64,000 nucleotides of DNA from Camelus dromedarius (taxonomy: Eukaryota). This document shows positions 38,696 through 53,640 of this stretch, piece after piece. How positions within the stretch are numbered: the first letter of the stretch is position 1; the number at the start of each line of letters is the position of its first letter. A program made the position numbers and the translations under genes. Location of the stretch: the NCBI RefSeq assembly GCF_036321535.1, contig NC_087437.1, positions 93,808,001-93,872,000 on the forward strand. Direction: 5' to 3'. Under the pieces are notes generated by a model. That model saw nothing but the letters and a program-made list of their open reading frames with translations, was not told where the DNA came from and did no database searches.

Positions 38696-39633
38696 TTTTA
38701 CAAGTTTTTTTAAGTATAAGTTTACTTAAAAATCTTTGGATATAACTCAGATCACCTCCTTGAAATCAGAGGCTGGAGAGGAAGTGGGGTATTTTGAAAA
38801 ACAAAAAACAAACAGAAAGACAGCAACAAATGGTTGTCATCTGATACCTGAGATTAGAATTACAAAAAACCCCAGAGGCAACAATGTCATAACTGGAATA
38901 AGAAGATGAGGAAATGAAAGCAATTAGGTGACTGTACGTACCTAAAAAATATTCTAAATATTGTCATGATGCATCCATTGTAAGCCTGAATCTGAACTAT
39001 GGGAGGGAATCTGACAGAGCAAGTTCGAAGACCTTAGACAGGAAGACTGATATTAAAGAACAGCTAGAAATAAAATCAGGCCAGGGACTGTAATGGTTTG
39101 TTTTGGTTTTCTTTTTTTAAATGTATTTCCCTCCAGGCACATTTCTCCCAACACAAATCAGACTTACTGCTGTGTCTGTCATACACATGACACCTATTCT
39201 GGCCAGACACTGTTATGGACACTTTGTGAATATTAACTCACTTAGTCCTTTAACAAATCCTATGTTAGAAGTATGGACATGAGTGAGGTTTGAATTTCTT
39301 ATCTCTTGGAATTATCCCCTCACTTCAAAAGTTTTTTGCTGACTTATCTAAAAATAGCTCAATAATATTACAAATAAAATAACAATCATTATAAATTCTG
39401 ATAGAGTTTTGGCTTTTGGTGCTCAGTATACAACAAGAGAAATATGTAGTTAGTTATATTTGAGGTCTAGCTTTAGTGAATTGGGGGATAGGGAAATTTT
39501 CCAAGTAGTATTTACCTGTGTTCCAAGTAGTACCTGCATGTGGCAAGCAAAAAGATTTTTTTTGGATTGAAAAAAGAAGCTAAGATTTTTTTAAGTGTTT
39601 TTAGCTGTTAATTTTTTATCTGCTTAAACTGTC

Positions 39634-39638
<5 letters not shown>

Positions 39639-39666
<28 letters not shown>
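39639..39666. repeat. (GT)14 microsatellite
   Basis: Uninterrupted GT run. Confidence 0.97.
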
Positions 39667-41247
39667 CTATACCAAAGACTAAGAAGAAAGAGGAGACAAG
39701 ATCAGTGAAGGGCATGATATTTCTGCGGGTTTTTGTTCAGAGACATTTTTTGAGCTACATCATAGAGGTTTCAAGAATGGCAACTGGTTGAAGGAGTGAA
39801 CTTGTGAATCTAAAATGAGTACATTTGAAACCAAAGGCACAAGCATTGCTGATTTCAGTGCTGATGAAAGAGTGGGAAACAGGACCTTGCCTCTCCATTG
39901 CCCTGCTCTGGCACACTGTGGGCCTGGGCAGTGCCCTGGAAAAGCTACAGCTCCTAGTTTGTGGAGGTGAGTAATTATGGCTGTCAGAGGACTTGACATT
40001 TTTTCCCAAGGGCAACAGAAGCTGTAAAAGCAACACAGATTACTCAGGTGGGAAGCAAGTCTTCAATGAAGAGATTTAGGATAAATAATGTGACATCCCC
40101 CAGTTACATGTAAAAATGGAGGCAAGTGTTAGAAATAAAGCTGTTAAGTTTCCAGATATGGCAAGAACAATGTGAGAACAGAATTGTTTCACAAAATTAA
40201 TGTTGTTTCTTATTTAGTAAATGTAAAAAGTTTCTGTGAATATTTGAGTTATTGTTCTAAAAATTTATACTTGCAATAATAACTGTAATATTTAGATAAT
40301 CCAAGTATTAGTTATAAGGCATGTTCTATTACATTATTATTATAATATGAAGTTGTAAAGTTGAATTTGAATTAGCAAGAAGAAAGACATGTAATAGTAT
40401 TAAGAAATCCAACACCAGCCGGCTGGATATCTAAAAAGCCTTCCTTCTGCCCACTAAGTAATCTTCTGTTGTTTCTTGCACAGATTAAAAAAAAAATTTT
40501 TTTAAAGTGCTTTGTCTTTTCCAATTTTCAAGAGAAGTACCTCTATATTCTGTAGCTGATACTTAAATTATATTTTCTACTTTGCACTCACTTTTATAAG
40601 AGTTGGCACATTGAGGGCTAGTTTCTCCAGTAAAATGGAAGATTTTCTCTCTTTTTGGTGGGGGGCGTAGAATTCAGCATAGTTTGTTTTATTATCCTTA
40701 TTTAAACTTATCAATGCATCATTTAGTACAGATGATCGTAAGTCAGCAATCAACTTTTTAACCCCCTTAGATCATTATAGACCTTGGAAAGGAAAGCAAT
40801 CAACATGTATATTTAGGTAGACTGAATTAAAACTCACCGTTGACTTTCCTATTCTTTTTATAATGGTAATAAAAATGCAAATCGATGAATAGGGATGAGG
40901 CAGGGAATTTGTAATATTTAGCAAAATCAACAAATTTATACATTTTGATTCTCTTAGTTTATCAGAAATGTGTTCTTAATGCATATTTTCTTTAGGCCTT
41001 TAAATATTTATGTAAATATATGTATATATTATGCATATGTATACATGTATCTGTACGTAGCTATACGTATGCATAAAACTCACCTCAGTATTTGTTTCTT
41101 TGTTTTTAGTAAGTTTGTATTTTTTTGTTTATTTTTACCAGTGTAAAGTAGAATGAATTGCTGCAATTTTTCTCAGGAATACTGCAGCATGGAAAGAAGA
41201 GCCATAAGGGAAGTTGGCAGAGCCATTGCATATCTTAAAGTTCTCTT

Positions 41248-42160
41248 CCTTCATTCATTCAGTAAATCTTTATCAAGAACCTCTGAACTTAAAGCACTAT
41301 GCTAAGCACACAGAGGTTACAAAGTTAATCATCATCCCAAACCTCAGTGACTTCAGCTTAGCAGTGTCGCCTGAAATAATCGCACAGCCTAAAAGTTGAA
41401 AGTTATGTTTTATTCGGTGGGCATTTCTGAGGACTCAGCCCTGAATGACAGCCTCTCAGGTCGCTCTCAGGGACTGCTCCAAAGAGGTAGGGGAGGAGCT
41501 AGGATACATAGGATTTTTCCAACAAAGACCAGGTAGTTGAAACATTAAAAATTTCTTTTTAACTAAAGAAAACCAGGCATCTCAAGTTAAAGAATTCAGC
41601 GTTTTTCTATGTATGGGAGGAAGCAAACATTTGGGCCCACTGAATGCATTCCTTTGACAAGCACCTAGCTATCATGGGCCAGTATCCTGTCCTTTCTTAT
41701 TCTGAGTCCCCTCAGGGTGTACCATTGTGAGTGGCTGCAGAGGCTGGGCTGCAGGCTTGTCTTCACTGGGGGTGGAGGCAGCGGCTGATGACTTGATGGT
41801 TTCAGCATTCTTTGTTTACTGATATGGCTTGCAGTATTTTTCGTTCTTAGCAGGCAGAATTAGACACAAAATCACCGTAATAAAATGTGATATGGAAAAT
41901 GCTGTGAAAATACATAGGAAAGAGTAGTTTATTATGTTACGGAGACGGCAGAAGGAGTTTACAGTAGAGCAATGCTGAGATGGATTATGAGGCATGAATA
42001 GGAAGTACCCAGGCAGAGGTGAACGGACAGAGGTGCTCCTGGCATGTAGAACAGAAGGTGGAAAATTCAGGAGTGAGACGGTGGGCTGTAGGTTTGGGAG
42101 ATCCCAATGTGGCTGGAAGTCGGCAGAAGGAATGTTTGCTCAGAGATTGTCAAAGAGCTT
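41248..42160 (-). mobile_element. L2 3' end, interrupted by the LTR at 41365-41849
   Basis: ttcattcattcagtaaat tail, then agcactatgctaagcac; resumes after the LTR with aataaaatgtgat...ggattatgaggcatgaatagga. Confidence 0.65.
41365..41849 (-). mobile_element. Lineage-specific ERV1-type solo LTR
   Basis: 485 bp flanked by 4-bp TSD gcag (41361-41364 / 41850-41853). Minus-strand AATAAA (ttttatt at ~41410) lies near the 3' end. Confidence 0.85.
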
Positions 42161-43699
42161 GCATGCTAGGCTGTCTATATCCCTGTGAACTTCAACTTCC
42201 AACACAAATTTACTCTTGTCGGCTTCTCTTATCCTTATTGGATTTTCTTCTTAAACCTATTAACTTCAAGACCCCTCAAAGTTTATAGACTACTTGAAAA
42301 TTGATCCCCTCAAGTAGATAAAATAATGTCCTCCATTATATCAACTCTGTCATACCTGATTTATGTTTAATTGCTCATATAACATAGGCCCTTGTTTTTA
42401 TAATCTAAGTAATGTGTAATCTCATTATCCTAACCTGCTATGTAGACTGAGGAAAATAGCCAGTGCATTGAACATAATGGGCACTCAATAAATATCTATA
42501 AAATGAAGTGATTGCCGCTAATTCCGATGTCACAGTCACCCAAGTGATTTTGCAAAGGAGCACAAATTGAAATGCCTAAACCATGGTTCTTATGCTCAGA
42601 CTCTGCTTCCCAGAGTCATTGGCTCAGAGTTTCTTAAAGCTGCCTTTTTAAAGCCCAGCTTTGCCTCTTTCAGCTGTCTTTTTTTCCATGGGGTTTCCAT
42701 TCCTGTTTGCTTCATGGTGCAGCTGTGTTCCCCTGGGGCTCAGAGGAACATTTACTATGGCACTCATGATGGCCCCTTTCTAGGCCCAGGAAGGCATTCC
42801 AGCAATGCACCCTCATGCTTATATATTTTAGTAAAATTTTGCAATGGAAAGATGATAATTGCAGTCAGTTAAGACTGCTTCTTCATACTCTGATTTCCCC
42901 TCTGTCACATGTTCTGTAATTCCATGCAGTATTGGAGAGGCTACTGCTGAAGTTGAGGATTCGTATCATTTGAATTTTGTGTCATATGTTTAGGTGGTTC
43001 ACAGTCTCTCCTGTTTAAGTTAGGTTATTGCTAAACTGCCAAGAATAAGAATGACTTCCAGAAATTCTCCTAGCAACTGCTGTTCCAACTCCCTGGCTGT
43101 CATGAAAAGAAGGTACAAGGTCGTACAGATACAGAACAATGATGAACATGACCTTCAGGGCCCAGAACTAGAAGTATGTGGTTAGTGAGTACTGTTAGCT
43201 GTGCAAAGGGTATTTAAGACCAATCACTTTGCAAGAAAACTTGAAAAGCATTGCAATTTTAACATATAGGTAAAAACAAGTCTCGTAGGTATTCTCTAAT
43301 CTAACATCAATGCCAACGAATTACATATTACAAGAAGACTTTTGAAACTTTCTGTTCCTCCTTTTTTGTAATAATGAGGCATATCCTTTTCAAATAATCC
43401 TGCACTTACATCTCCACAGCTGTGATACATCCTCCCATTAATCACAAAATGAGTATAGCAGTCAGATTTAAGGACATGTGATTATTATGTATTCTACACT
43501 GAGCCTCAGCTGTATTAGAGCAAATTGAGATAAATGGAGTGTGCCCAGGAATAGTAAATTTTGAAAAAAAAGTTGTGTTTCATCTATCTTTCAGAAAACT
43601 TGAAATCATTTTTTTCTAACCTCTTTAAATACAACTCACACAAAGCCCTAATAAAGTTACTGTATTAAATTAGGACTTTTAATTAATGGAATTAATTCA

Positions 43700-45387
43700 T
43701 TTATTTATTTTTTTGCTTTTGAAATGCAAAAAGCTGTACACATTTAACATATGTAACTCAATGAATTTGGGGATAAATATACACCTGTGACATCATCACT
43801 ACAGTTAAAGTCTTAGGCATATCCATGGCCTCCCAAAGTTTCCTCTAACCCTCTTTATTATTATTTTGCAGTAAGAACAATAAATATAATATCTACCTTC
43901 TTAGAAAATATTAAGTATATAATAAAGTATTGTTAGTTATAGATCCTATGCTGATGGAGATCCCCAGAACTTATTTATCTTGCATAACTGGAACTTTGTA
44001 CCCTTTGACCATCGCCTCCTCATTTTCCACTCTCCCCACCTCTTGGCAATCACTCTTGCACTCTCTGCTCCTGTGAGTTTGACCATTTTATGTTCCACAT
44101 ATACACAAAATCATACAGTATTTTTGTTTGTTTGTTTCTGGCTTATTTCAATTGACATAATATCCTGCCGTTTCATCCATGTTGTCAAAAATGGTAGAAT
44201 TTCCTTCTGCTTTAAGGCTGAATAATATTTCATCATATGCATATACAACATCTTTATTCATATCAGTCCGTGGACCTTTAGGTTCTTTCCAAATCTTTCT
44301 TCAAAATCCTGATTTCAGTTTCTTTGGCTAAATAGCCAGGAGTGAGATTGCTGGATCATACAGTAGTTATATTTTTAATTTTTTGAAGAAACCTCCATAC
44401 TACTTTTCATAATTGATATACTAATTTACATTTCTACCAAGGAAAAGGGTTCCCTTTTCTCTACACCTCAGCAGCACTTATCATCTTTTCTCTTTTTTAA
44501 TATCCAAACCGCCATCCTAACAGGTGTGAAGTGGTATCTCATTGTGGTTTTGATTTGCTGAGCACTTTTTCATACATATTAGTTGACCCTTTGCATGACT
44601 TCTTTGGAAAGATGTCTGTCTGGGTTCTTTGCCTATTTTTTAATTAGTTTTGTTGTTGTTGTTATGTGATTTTTTGTGGTTTTTGTTTGTTGGTTTTTTG
44701 TTTTGCTAATGAGTTATAGGAGTTTTTAATATATTCTACATGTTAATCCCATATTAGGTATACAGTTTGCAAATATTTTTTCCCATTCTGTAGATCATTT
44801 TTTTCATTTTGTTGGTGGTCTCCTTTGCTTTGCAGAAACTGTTTTGCTTGCTGTAATTCTGCTTGTTTATTTTCACTTTTATTGCCTGTGCTTTTGTTGT
44901 CAAAACCAAAAATGCATAGCCAAGACCAATGTCAAGGAGTTTTTTCCCTTATGTTTTCTTCTGGATACTTTAAAGGTTTTAGGTTCTTATGTTTAAGGCT
45001 TTAATCCATTTTCAGTTGATCTCATATATGATCTCAGATATGGTTTGAATTTCACTCTTTTGCATGTGGACATCTAGTTTTACCAACACTGTTCATTGGA
45101 AGGACTGTCCTTTCCCCATTTTGCATTCTTGGTACTCTTGTCAAAGATAGATATTTATGTTTGGGGTCATTTCTGGGCTCTTTATTCTCTTCCTTTGGTC
45201 TATGTGTTAGTTTTTATTCAAGTAGCATATTGTTTTGCTTACTATAGCTTTGTAATATAACTTGAAATCAAAGAGTGTGAAATCGCCAGTTTTGTTCTTC
45301 CTGTTCAGTTATTGTGTTGGTTATTTTTGGGTCTTTCTATATGAATTTTAGGATTGTTTTCTATTTCTGTGAAAAATGCCATTGGAA
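43700..45387 (-). mobile_element. L1MA9/L1MB1-type 5'-truncated L1 (~1.7 kb)
   Basis: Continuous L1 3' UTR and ORF2 C-terminus: cagaacttatttatcttgcataactg, gagtgagattgctggatcata, ccaagaccaatgtcaaggag, ending gaaaaatgccattggaa. Confidence 0.93.
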
Positions 45388-46636
45388 CCCAACTTTCTAC
45401 ACTGTTGTGACTCTGTCCTCTCCTTACTGCAACATATTTCATCCTCTTGAGGTCACTGCATCTTCTGTTTTCCTAGATATTATTTCAGTTCAATATTTTT
45501 AAATTAATTAAAGATGATGGAGTGTAACTATATTACAACATTATGAGAAGTACTGAAAAAAACAGAAAAAAATCTACAAGGATAAATAAAGCATGGTCAC
45601 TGCAAATAAGCTGAACCATTAAAATAAAAATTAAATAAGTGATATGGTAAAGGTGAAGACAGCTTTTTTAGAAAACATTCAGAAACAATTTAAACATTTT
45701 TGTTTTTGACCAGAAGTGTAGGGAATTCTATGCTGATGAATATCTGTAGCAATGAATGTGAAAATTCTCTCAATTCAGGAAATCCTGAATAAGGTATTGT
45801 AATTGGATCATGAAATGGAAAAAAACAGAATTGAAGATGAGACTTAGAAGACATGTTATGTTAGAGCCATACCATGGAAATTCCTGAGCATCATCTTAAA
45901 ATTCATCTAATATTTCATTTTGATGTCTACATATAAATATATATATACACATGTAGAGAATTATATATAATTCTTAAGTATTACATTTATATTTTATTAA
46001 TATATTACATTTTTATTTAGCATATGTGCATATGTTGACAATTAATATATTATATATAAATTAATTTTGATGTTTATATATGTATAGGTATACACATGTA
46101 TATAGAGAGAGCATTCATTGACATTAGCCTACCAGAAGTATATTTTTCTATTCCTTATGGTACCTCTTTATATGGTTAAAATAAAAATTATATGGCTCTT
46201 TTATATTTTACTTTTGTCTTCAAACTGGATTACAATTATGTTTTCCTTAATGTTTGAGAGTCATAGGAATTTGGATTTATTCACTATATTTAAGAATGTT
46301 TCTAAATCATTAGCAATGAAAGTGTCTTACCTCCACCCCAAATGAAATTTAAATAATTTTTCCTTCTGCAGAATGATTGTTCTAATACCCAGAAAAAATG
46401 GGGGTCCTTTGGTGTATATTGCATATTCTATAGCACTGAATTACTTCTTATTGTGAAGTTAATTAATTCAATCTATTGCTTTGTCCTTGCTTATTTTTTA
46501 TGTATCCTCAGTCCTCTCCTTTTTCAAGCCTGTTGCTCATCCAGTTTTGAACTCTATTCAGCATTCCCACATTTTAGTATATTGTTCTTTGAAATAAAAT
46601 CACAGGTTTCATTCCAATTTTTTAGTGATTACTCAG

Positions 46637-46679
46637 AATAAAATAGAATAAAATAAATAAAATTAAAATAAAATAAAAT
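46637..46679. repeat. (AAAAT)n imperfect simple repeat
   Basis: aataaaatagaataaaataaataaaattaaaataaaataaaat. Confidence 0.85.
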
Positions 46680-49600
46680 GGTATTTAGAAGAGAAAGACG
46701 GATGATGGCTCATTTTTTTTTTGTGGTGCATATGTATGCAGTCTAATATTCTGAACTAGTACAATCTTAAAATTAAAGCCAAATCGTTTCTTAACATTAG
46801 TCTTTCTAAAATATTGGTCCTAAATAAAAGAGTGAGTATATATTTATTGTTATGTTTGATTTTAATTATATTTATTATTTGGTGAGAAAATAGCAGATAA
46901 AATTAACTTTGAGTCTGATGAAGGAATTAATGACTGTCAGCAATTCCAGTTTCCCCATGCAGTTAGATGGTGAATAGTAAAAGATTATTAAAACCTGATA
47001 TTTAATTAAACAAAACAAAAAAATAACTTAGGTTAATATATGGACAGTTGAAGGATACCCTGAGAGACAAATAAATGAGCAATTAATTGTGTAACCATTG
47101 CCTAAGGTTGCCATCACTTGATTTAAAAAACTGAAATAAAGATACACTGTGAGGAAATCATAATTATTATTCTAAAATTCTTAAGTTAATTAAAATAATT
47201 AGTACCTTACCACCATTCTTTCTTCAGATTGGAAAAAGAGAATTCTATTTCTGAAGTTGTTATAATTTTATGTGCAAAAATTATTATTCCAGTAGAGAAG
47301 TAGACTGAAAAATGCAACAGCTGAAATTTTGTTCCTTTCATTTCCTTTTGCTATGAAAAAAAACAGTAAAAAGTTTCTTTTCAGCAATTAATATTTTATA
47401 TCAAGAACCCTAATATAAAATAGATAACACTTTTTAAAACTTTACGCCAGAAATATCTATAAAATACTTATTTATTCTTCTCAGTCTGTTAAGATGTTCA
47501 TAACCAAACCAAGTACCAAAACAAGCAAAACTCTATTTTCATTCATAAATCACTCTCCTATATCTTGTCCCATATTATATGCTAACTGTGTGCTCTCATT
47601 TTTAATTTATCCTTTACCTAATCATTTGATTGTCTTCCTAACTCTCTAACCACCCCCTTTTAACTGTTCTCTGTTCCCAGTCTCTGTCTTCTCAGTTGAA
47701 TTTTGCTCAGACCACCAAACTAGTGTCTATAAAACACAATTCAGATCATATTCCTTGCCCAGGGCAAAAGGACTTACTTGAGTGGTATATTGAGATAGAA
47801 AACTGTCCCCCAACTTAAATTTTCTTTAATAAATGAGAATTAAGGATTATTGATTTACAATTATAGTAAAACATAGGGAGACCAGTTATACTCAGAAAGT
47901 TACTTGGTACATCTAAAATTATTTTAAAAGGGTTGCTAATTAAATTATTCCCAGTACATTTTATGCCTGCCTAGGAACTGGGGTTTAGGTCGTTTGGCAC
48001 CAGCAGTTCACCCCTAAAAAAGCAGTGAAATCAGAATAGCCAAATTTCCGCACTCCTTACTTCCCTTTCTATGACGTAAACTGATCACGGAGCTTCTGTT
48101 CTCATATTCCTTCAAAGAGCCAGTAGAGTTATAAACTTATATTTGACTTTGCCTCTGGAGGTTTTATCCTAAGAAACAACTGTTGCAGCTTTGTAGTCTT
48201 GAAATGGCATGTTGACGGTCTCTTTCTTGCTCATTTTCCCTTTTCTGCTGATTGGAATTGCAATTGGGAAGATAAGGGGGTGGGAAAGGGTGTACAGCTG
48301 GTGAGTAAGAAAGGACAAGACAGATAAAATTATTTTCAACCAATCACAAATGCCACATTACTATTTTGGCGTTGAATGACCAAATATCTTTTGTCTTTGA
48401 AACACCAGAGAGGGCAGATGTAAATTTTGGTAAGGTTAAAAAACAAAACAAAACTGTATAGTATCCCTCATCCAAAAGGATAGAAAGGGAGCATTGTCTC
48501 CACTAATATATGCAGTAAGTTGAAAAAGTGACGTTTTGTCTTCAAACATTAACATATTGGTTGACTGTCTCCCTTCTTAATATCCATTTTATCTGTTTTT
48601 GACTTTTGTTATAACTGGACAGCTGGATGACACAGATCACACAGTATCTGAGTAAAATCATTTTTATGACCCATCTGAAGTTTGATCCTTTTCTGTCTTT
48701 CAACACTGGTGTTACCAAAAGTGAGGAAAACATAGCTCTTCTTTTAAGATTCATATCATGCTTAATTTCCCTAAAGTCTAATTATTTTAACAATAGTTAA
48801 TTGACATCATGTGTTTTAACTAGAAATAAGTATTATTAAATAAAGCCAACATTGAATCAGATTTAATTTAAAGTAGCAAATAATGTCCATACTTTTCAAG
48901 TGTAAATTAAATTCTTTTTAAGTGCTACGTTTACTTTTACCAGTAAATAAATTAGGATGGATACATATTATTTACCATAGACTGCTAAGAGTATCTGTCA
49001 ATGACATCATACTTGATAATAAATCTTTTTCACATCATTGGTCAAAAAGCCACACCCCTTGATTAAACTCATGTTAATAAAATATTAAGCTGCAATTGAA
49101 TAATTATCACTATTTACCAGCAGAAAGCAAGTATACATATTTTTATGAAAATGTTTTAACATTAAGAGAATTCTGTGAGTAGCAATGGAAACATACAAAG
49201 ACAAGTGAATTACACCAAAATTGGAGTGTATAAAGAGGGATAAATGGACGCACATTCTTGACCACTTAAGTCAAGCCTTTTATGAACATATTCTTTAAGC
49301 ATCACTTTGTGCAAAGAAGTGCCCTAGCTCATACTTATTCAGCCTGAGCTGGTAGCAGTATTCCCTGATTATATGGTTTTAGAAAGGCATCTCATTTTTA
49401 TTACACCATTCCTTCATGCAAAGAGAACATTAGGATCTATTAATAAGCAAACATTAAAGGGACATGCAAATAAAATCTAGTTATGCATTGTTATGTATTT
49501 TGTCTAAATGATATGGTATCCATGTAATTTTGAGACATTTTTAAATGTATTAATTTCAAAGGAAAATAAATTTCCCCTTGAGATACTACTGAGGATTTTT

Positions 49601-51339
49601 ATTATTCTAATTAAAACTCAGGAGCATCTAGGAGTGATGCTAACTTATTTGACAAATAAAAAGTGATTATAAATAGCAGTACACTTTTTTCCTGAAATTT
49701 ACACCACTTGGAAAATAGTTTTTTTCCCCTCTGTACATGGCTTTTATTATTTACATAATGTAATACAGTACTGATGCTGAATAGCATGATTACATGCAAT
49801 ACATAAATATGAGCTATCTATACACATCTGCAGATCTAACTCAGAACCAAGGTACATAAAACTGAAAGCAAAACTGAATGCTTTAATAAAAGTCAAAACT
49901 AAAACTGAACACTGCAATAAATCACATGTAGTGCCTTATGTATATACTTAACTACTTACAGATGAAAATAGGCATTACCAAGACAGTAATCTAACTACAG
50001 TCATTTATATATGAAAAGCACAAATTTCATGCATCACAATAAACCCTCCATTATAATCAGAAATGCTATTAGCAGACAAGCATCAGTGCAATATACTGTC
50101 TCTTCTAGTTGTTACTGTACAATCCTATAGATAACAAAGCTCATGCAGTGCACCCAAGAGCACCAGAGCCCTTAACCCAAGCATAATTAATATGATAAAG
50201 CAGCCCTCTGCAAGTGGTGCTGGACAGCACTAACAAGTCTTTCTTGGAAAGAAAACGAAGAAAGTTCTACCTAGACTTTCTGTTTTACAATATTACAGTT
50301 GTAGTGTGATCCTATTACTTGTTGGTTTAAAATACCTGGAAAAATTAACAAACAAACAAAAGCAAGAAATATTTTAAAAATTTTGTAATAGTACAGATTG
50401 GTTAAAAATGATACTGGTTTTTATTATCAGAGATGAGATTAGTTATTGGAACCTAATTATTTTGAGACATTAAAGAATCAAAGATAAAGGTAGCAGTTTT
50501 TTTTTTTCCATGTCTGAGAAGTATTTTTACATGTTACCTTTGTAATGAATCTCTCATGACATTTTTCAGTAAAAATAAACAAAGAATTCCCTCATCTTCT
50601 ACAAAAACTTGGTAATAATAGCAAGATAACTTATCTTCACCATTGTGCTAGTCACTGCCCTGCTTTTTGCCTACTCAGTGACCTGGTCATGAGGAAGAAT
50701 ATACTGTAGTAAATTACTGTCCCTGTAATGATAAATTGTCGACCTCATATGTTTAGAATGTCAGTTGGAAAGAAGCTCCTTAAATTAGATTTCAACAATA
50801 GATATTTGTTATAAAGACATAGAGAAAATGATAGATACTTGTTTTAAAGACATAGAGCAAACGTTACAAAAAGTCCCTCTTTGACGTTAGTCCTCTTTGG
50901 CATCCACATTTCATGATGAACATTTCTTCTCTGGAAGCCATTTGATGATCTTGGTTAGGTGCTTGGTTTTGTTTATGTGTTTGCTCCTCACATTTCACCT
51001 CAAAGCAGGTAGACTGACGTGCACCCTGTCCTCTGTTTTAACAAATAAATAGGAGAGGATACAGATGACCTGGGGTGGAATATGGGTAATATCTTCTCAT
51101 CATGGAGATGCATGGAGCTGAAGAATCTTCTGTCTTTCAAATTTCTATCGATGAGGCTTTTGGTTGAGCAGTTGAGTCATCACAGAGAAACTGAGCAAGA
51201 ATGTAGCTGCATATGATTGATTCTGTCATGATGTTATCATGGTTAGATTTTGATCAGAGATGTTCGTAGTGTGATCAAAGAATTACAGCAGTTTGGGTTT
51301 GAACCTCGAAAGCCACCATTAGGCATAGTCTCTGAAAGG

Positions 51340-52250
51340 AGGAGAAGAGTTAAGAGAAACCTGACAGGGATAAAGTACTGTTTGTATACCAACTTCTCTT
51401 AAGGACATGAAGGAAAGGTACCAGTAGGGATGGCTTTCCACCAGTGGTCAGGGAGCTTCCTAGAAGCCCAGAGAAATGTATAGGTGAAGGAAGAGCGTGC
51501 GCTTGGCGTGAAGTTAGCAAAGTGCTACGGAGACATGGAGTGAATTGATACTCTGTTTGTGAATCTTTTTTTTTTTTTTTCATTTGAATGACAAGTATTA
51601 GAGGAATTGGGGTGAGGATTAAGGGGCCCATAGATGGTAAGGAAATAGAGCTAAGGAATGTCTTTTGAGAAATTCAGCTTTGAGGAATTGAGAAATATGA
51701 GAAAGATAGAATGTTTAGAAAGGGAGATGTGTGAGCATGTGTTGTGTGTATGTATTTACGTAGACAGATATGAAGCTCCTAGCAAAAATGAGAGTTTACA
51801 TTTTGAGCTGTTGGGCAACAGCCCATAAAGAATAGAAGGAAAAACAAGCAATACAAGTAATGAAGAGAATAATAGAGTGGGAAAAGTGAAGACAAAATTG
51901 AATGGGGAAAACCAAAGAAGATGTGTACTTACTTCTAAGGGAGGATAAATATTTGAGTAAATATGGGACCATCCCTGGAAGGGTATAAAGACCAGGCAGC
52001 CCAAACACTACAGAAGCCTAATTGAAAGCCCTTGAATGAAACCCTAATATTCAATATCTTTTATACCTGTTGTGAATATCCTCAAAGACAGAAATTTTAC
52101 CATGCATGGCAAGAAAATGAAAACAGAGTGTCTTGAGGAATTTGACTCTGAGACATTAATGGATATGAGGAAGTAATTTAGATAGAAGAATGTGGAAGAG
52201 GAGAGGTGTTGGGAAGAAAGAAGGATAAGGTCCCATGGGTTCTCCCACTG
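51340..52250 (-). mobile_element. L2 LINE, decayed
   Basis: Purine-rich tract with atgtcttttgagaaattcagctttgagg...gagaaagataga typical of antisense L2. Confidence 0.5.
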
Positions 52251-53049
52251 CAAGGATGATCTCCCATTGCAAGATGTGTGTGTGTGATGTGAGGGACATA
52301 GCGTATACTAACTAATATAATGAAAATTCTCGTGTGGAGAGTATAGAACATGAACACATGTTACAAGAGGCATCTTTAATCTCCTCTGTAAAAGAAGAGG
52401 AGAGCCATTTGGCGATGGTTCTATAACCCATCACTGTAGATTACAGCCTGTAGTATAGGTCTTAGGGGCCCCAGCTCCTCTCCACATTTCCTATGCTTAT
52501 TTCAACCCCAAGTTACAGTCTAGCCTTGTATTATTGAATATTATATTTTCCTCCCATTTCTTCAATGTAGTAAGTTGTGAATTTGTAAGTTATCTTTCAG
52601 ATGATCCTTATTTATCCCAAAGTTTAAAAATAAAGGGATTATATATCTGATTCATTACCTAGATGTGTGTATAAAGTTTCAAAATATTTACAGAAATAGC
52701 AACATGACATTTTTTAGGGCATCAGGGAAATAACTGTGCCTGTCTCTGAAAATTCAGTGTTTTTTACTTGCCATGTAAAAAGTGATAAATGGGACGTGAA
52801 TATTTATACTCAGTTCAAATAAAGCTTTATTTGGGGATTCTAGTCACTAAGTTATAAACTTTTATAAATGTAAATTATAGAAAAGCAGTTGTAATAAGGA
52901 TTCAAGTTTTTCATATTCACATTGTCAGAAGTATAGTCGTACACTGCGTTTCACACAGTAAATTACAAATAGAGTTTTTTTGGTAAGGTGTTATAAAATT
53001 AGAGAGAAAGAAGAAAGGCCCTGAAGTAGTATATATTCTATGTCTCCAT

Positions 53050-53640
53050 TATCAAGCTGATGTAAACTATAGAAAGAAGTTGATGGTCTGCCCTGCTCTT
53101 TAAGATTAGAAATGATGAAAGTCTAAAATCTCCTTTAAAATCTTAATCCAAACTCCACTTGCTTCCTCTTCAATCATTTCTATTAATCATAACCTTGGTG
53201 AAGATGGAAAACGGTAGATTAGCACCTTAAATATAATGGAGGACGAAATATTTTCCGTTCTTTTCTCTCTTCATCCCCGTCTACCCTGCATTTTCAAGAA
53301 ACACTGCACAAAATTGCTTGGTATTCGTGACCACGCTGTGCCCTTTCACTCATCTCTTTCTCTGTCTAGAGGGTGCTTTCTCTTTCTTTTAACTAGTAAA
53401 AAGTTTGCTCAGCATTAATGACCGAACTAAAGGTCATCTCCGTGAAAACACGTCTATCTCATTCTGAGAGTCTTTCCCTTGTTTCTCATACAACAGAGAA
53501 CCACGTTATACTGAAATTATTTAGATGTCAATCTCCCCCATTGGTTATGGGCTGTTTTATGTCACAGGCATATTTCTCTACCTGGAATCTAGCATAGAGC
53601 CTTGCACGTTTGTAAGTCCTTAATGAATGAATGCACAAAT
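53050..53640 (+). mobile_element. L2 3' end
   Basis: cacgctgtgccctttc...gtcaatctcccccattgg...gaatctagcatagagccttgcac...taatgaatgaatg tail. Confidence 0.7.
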
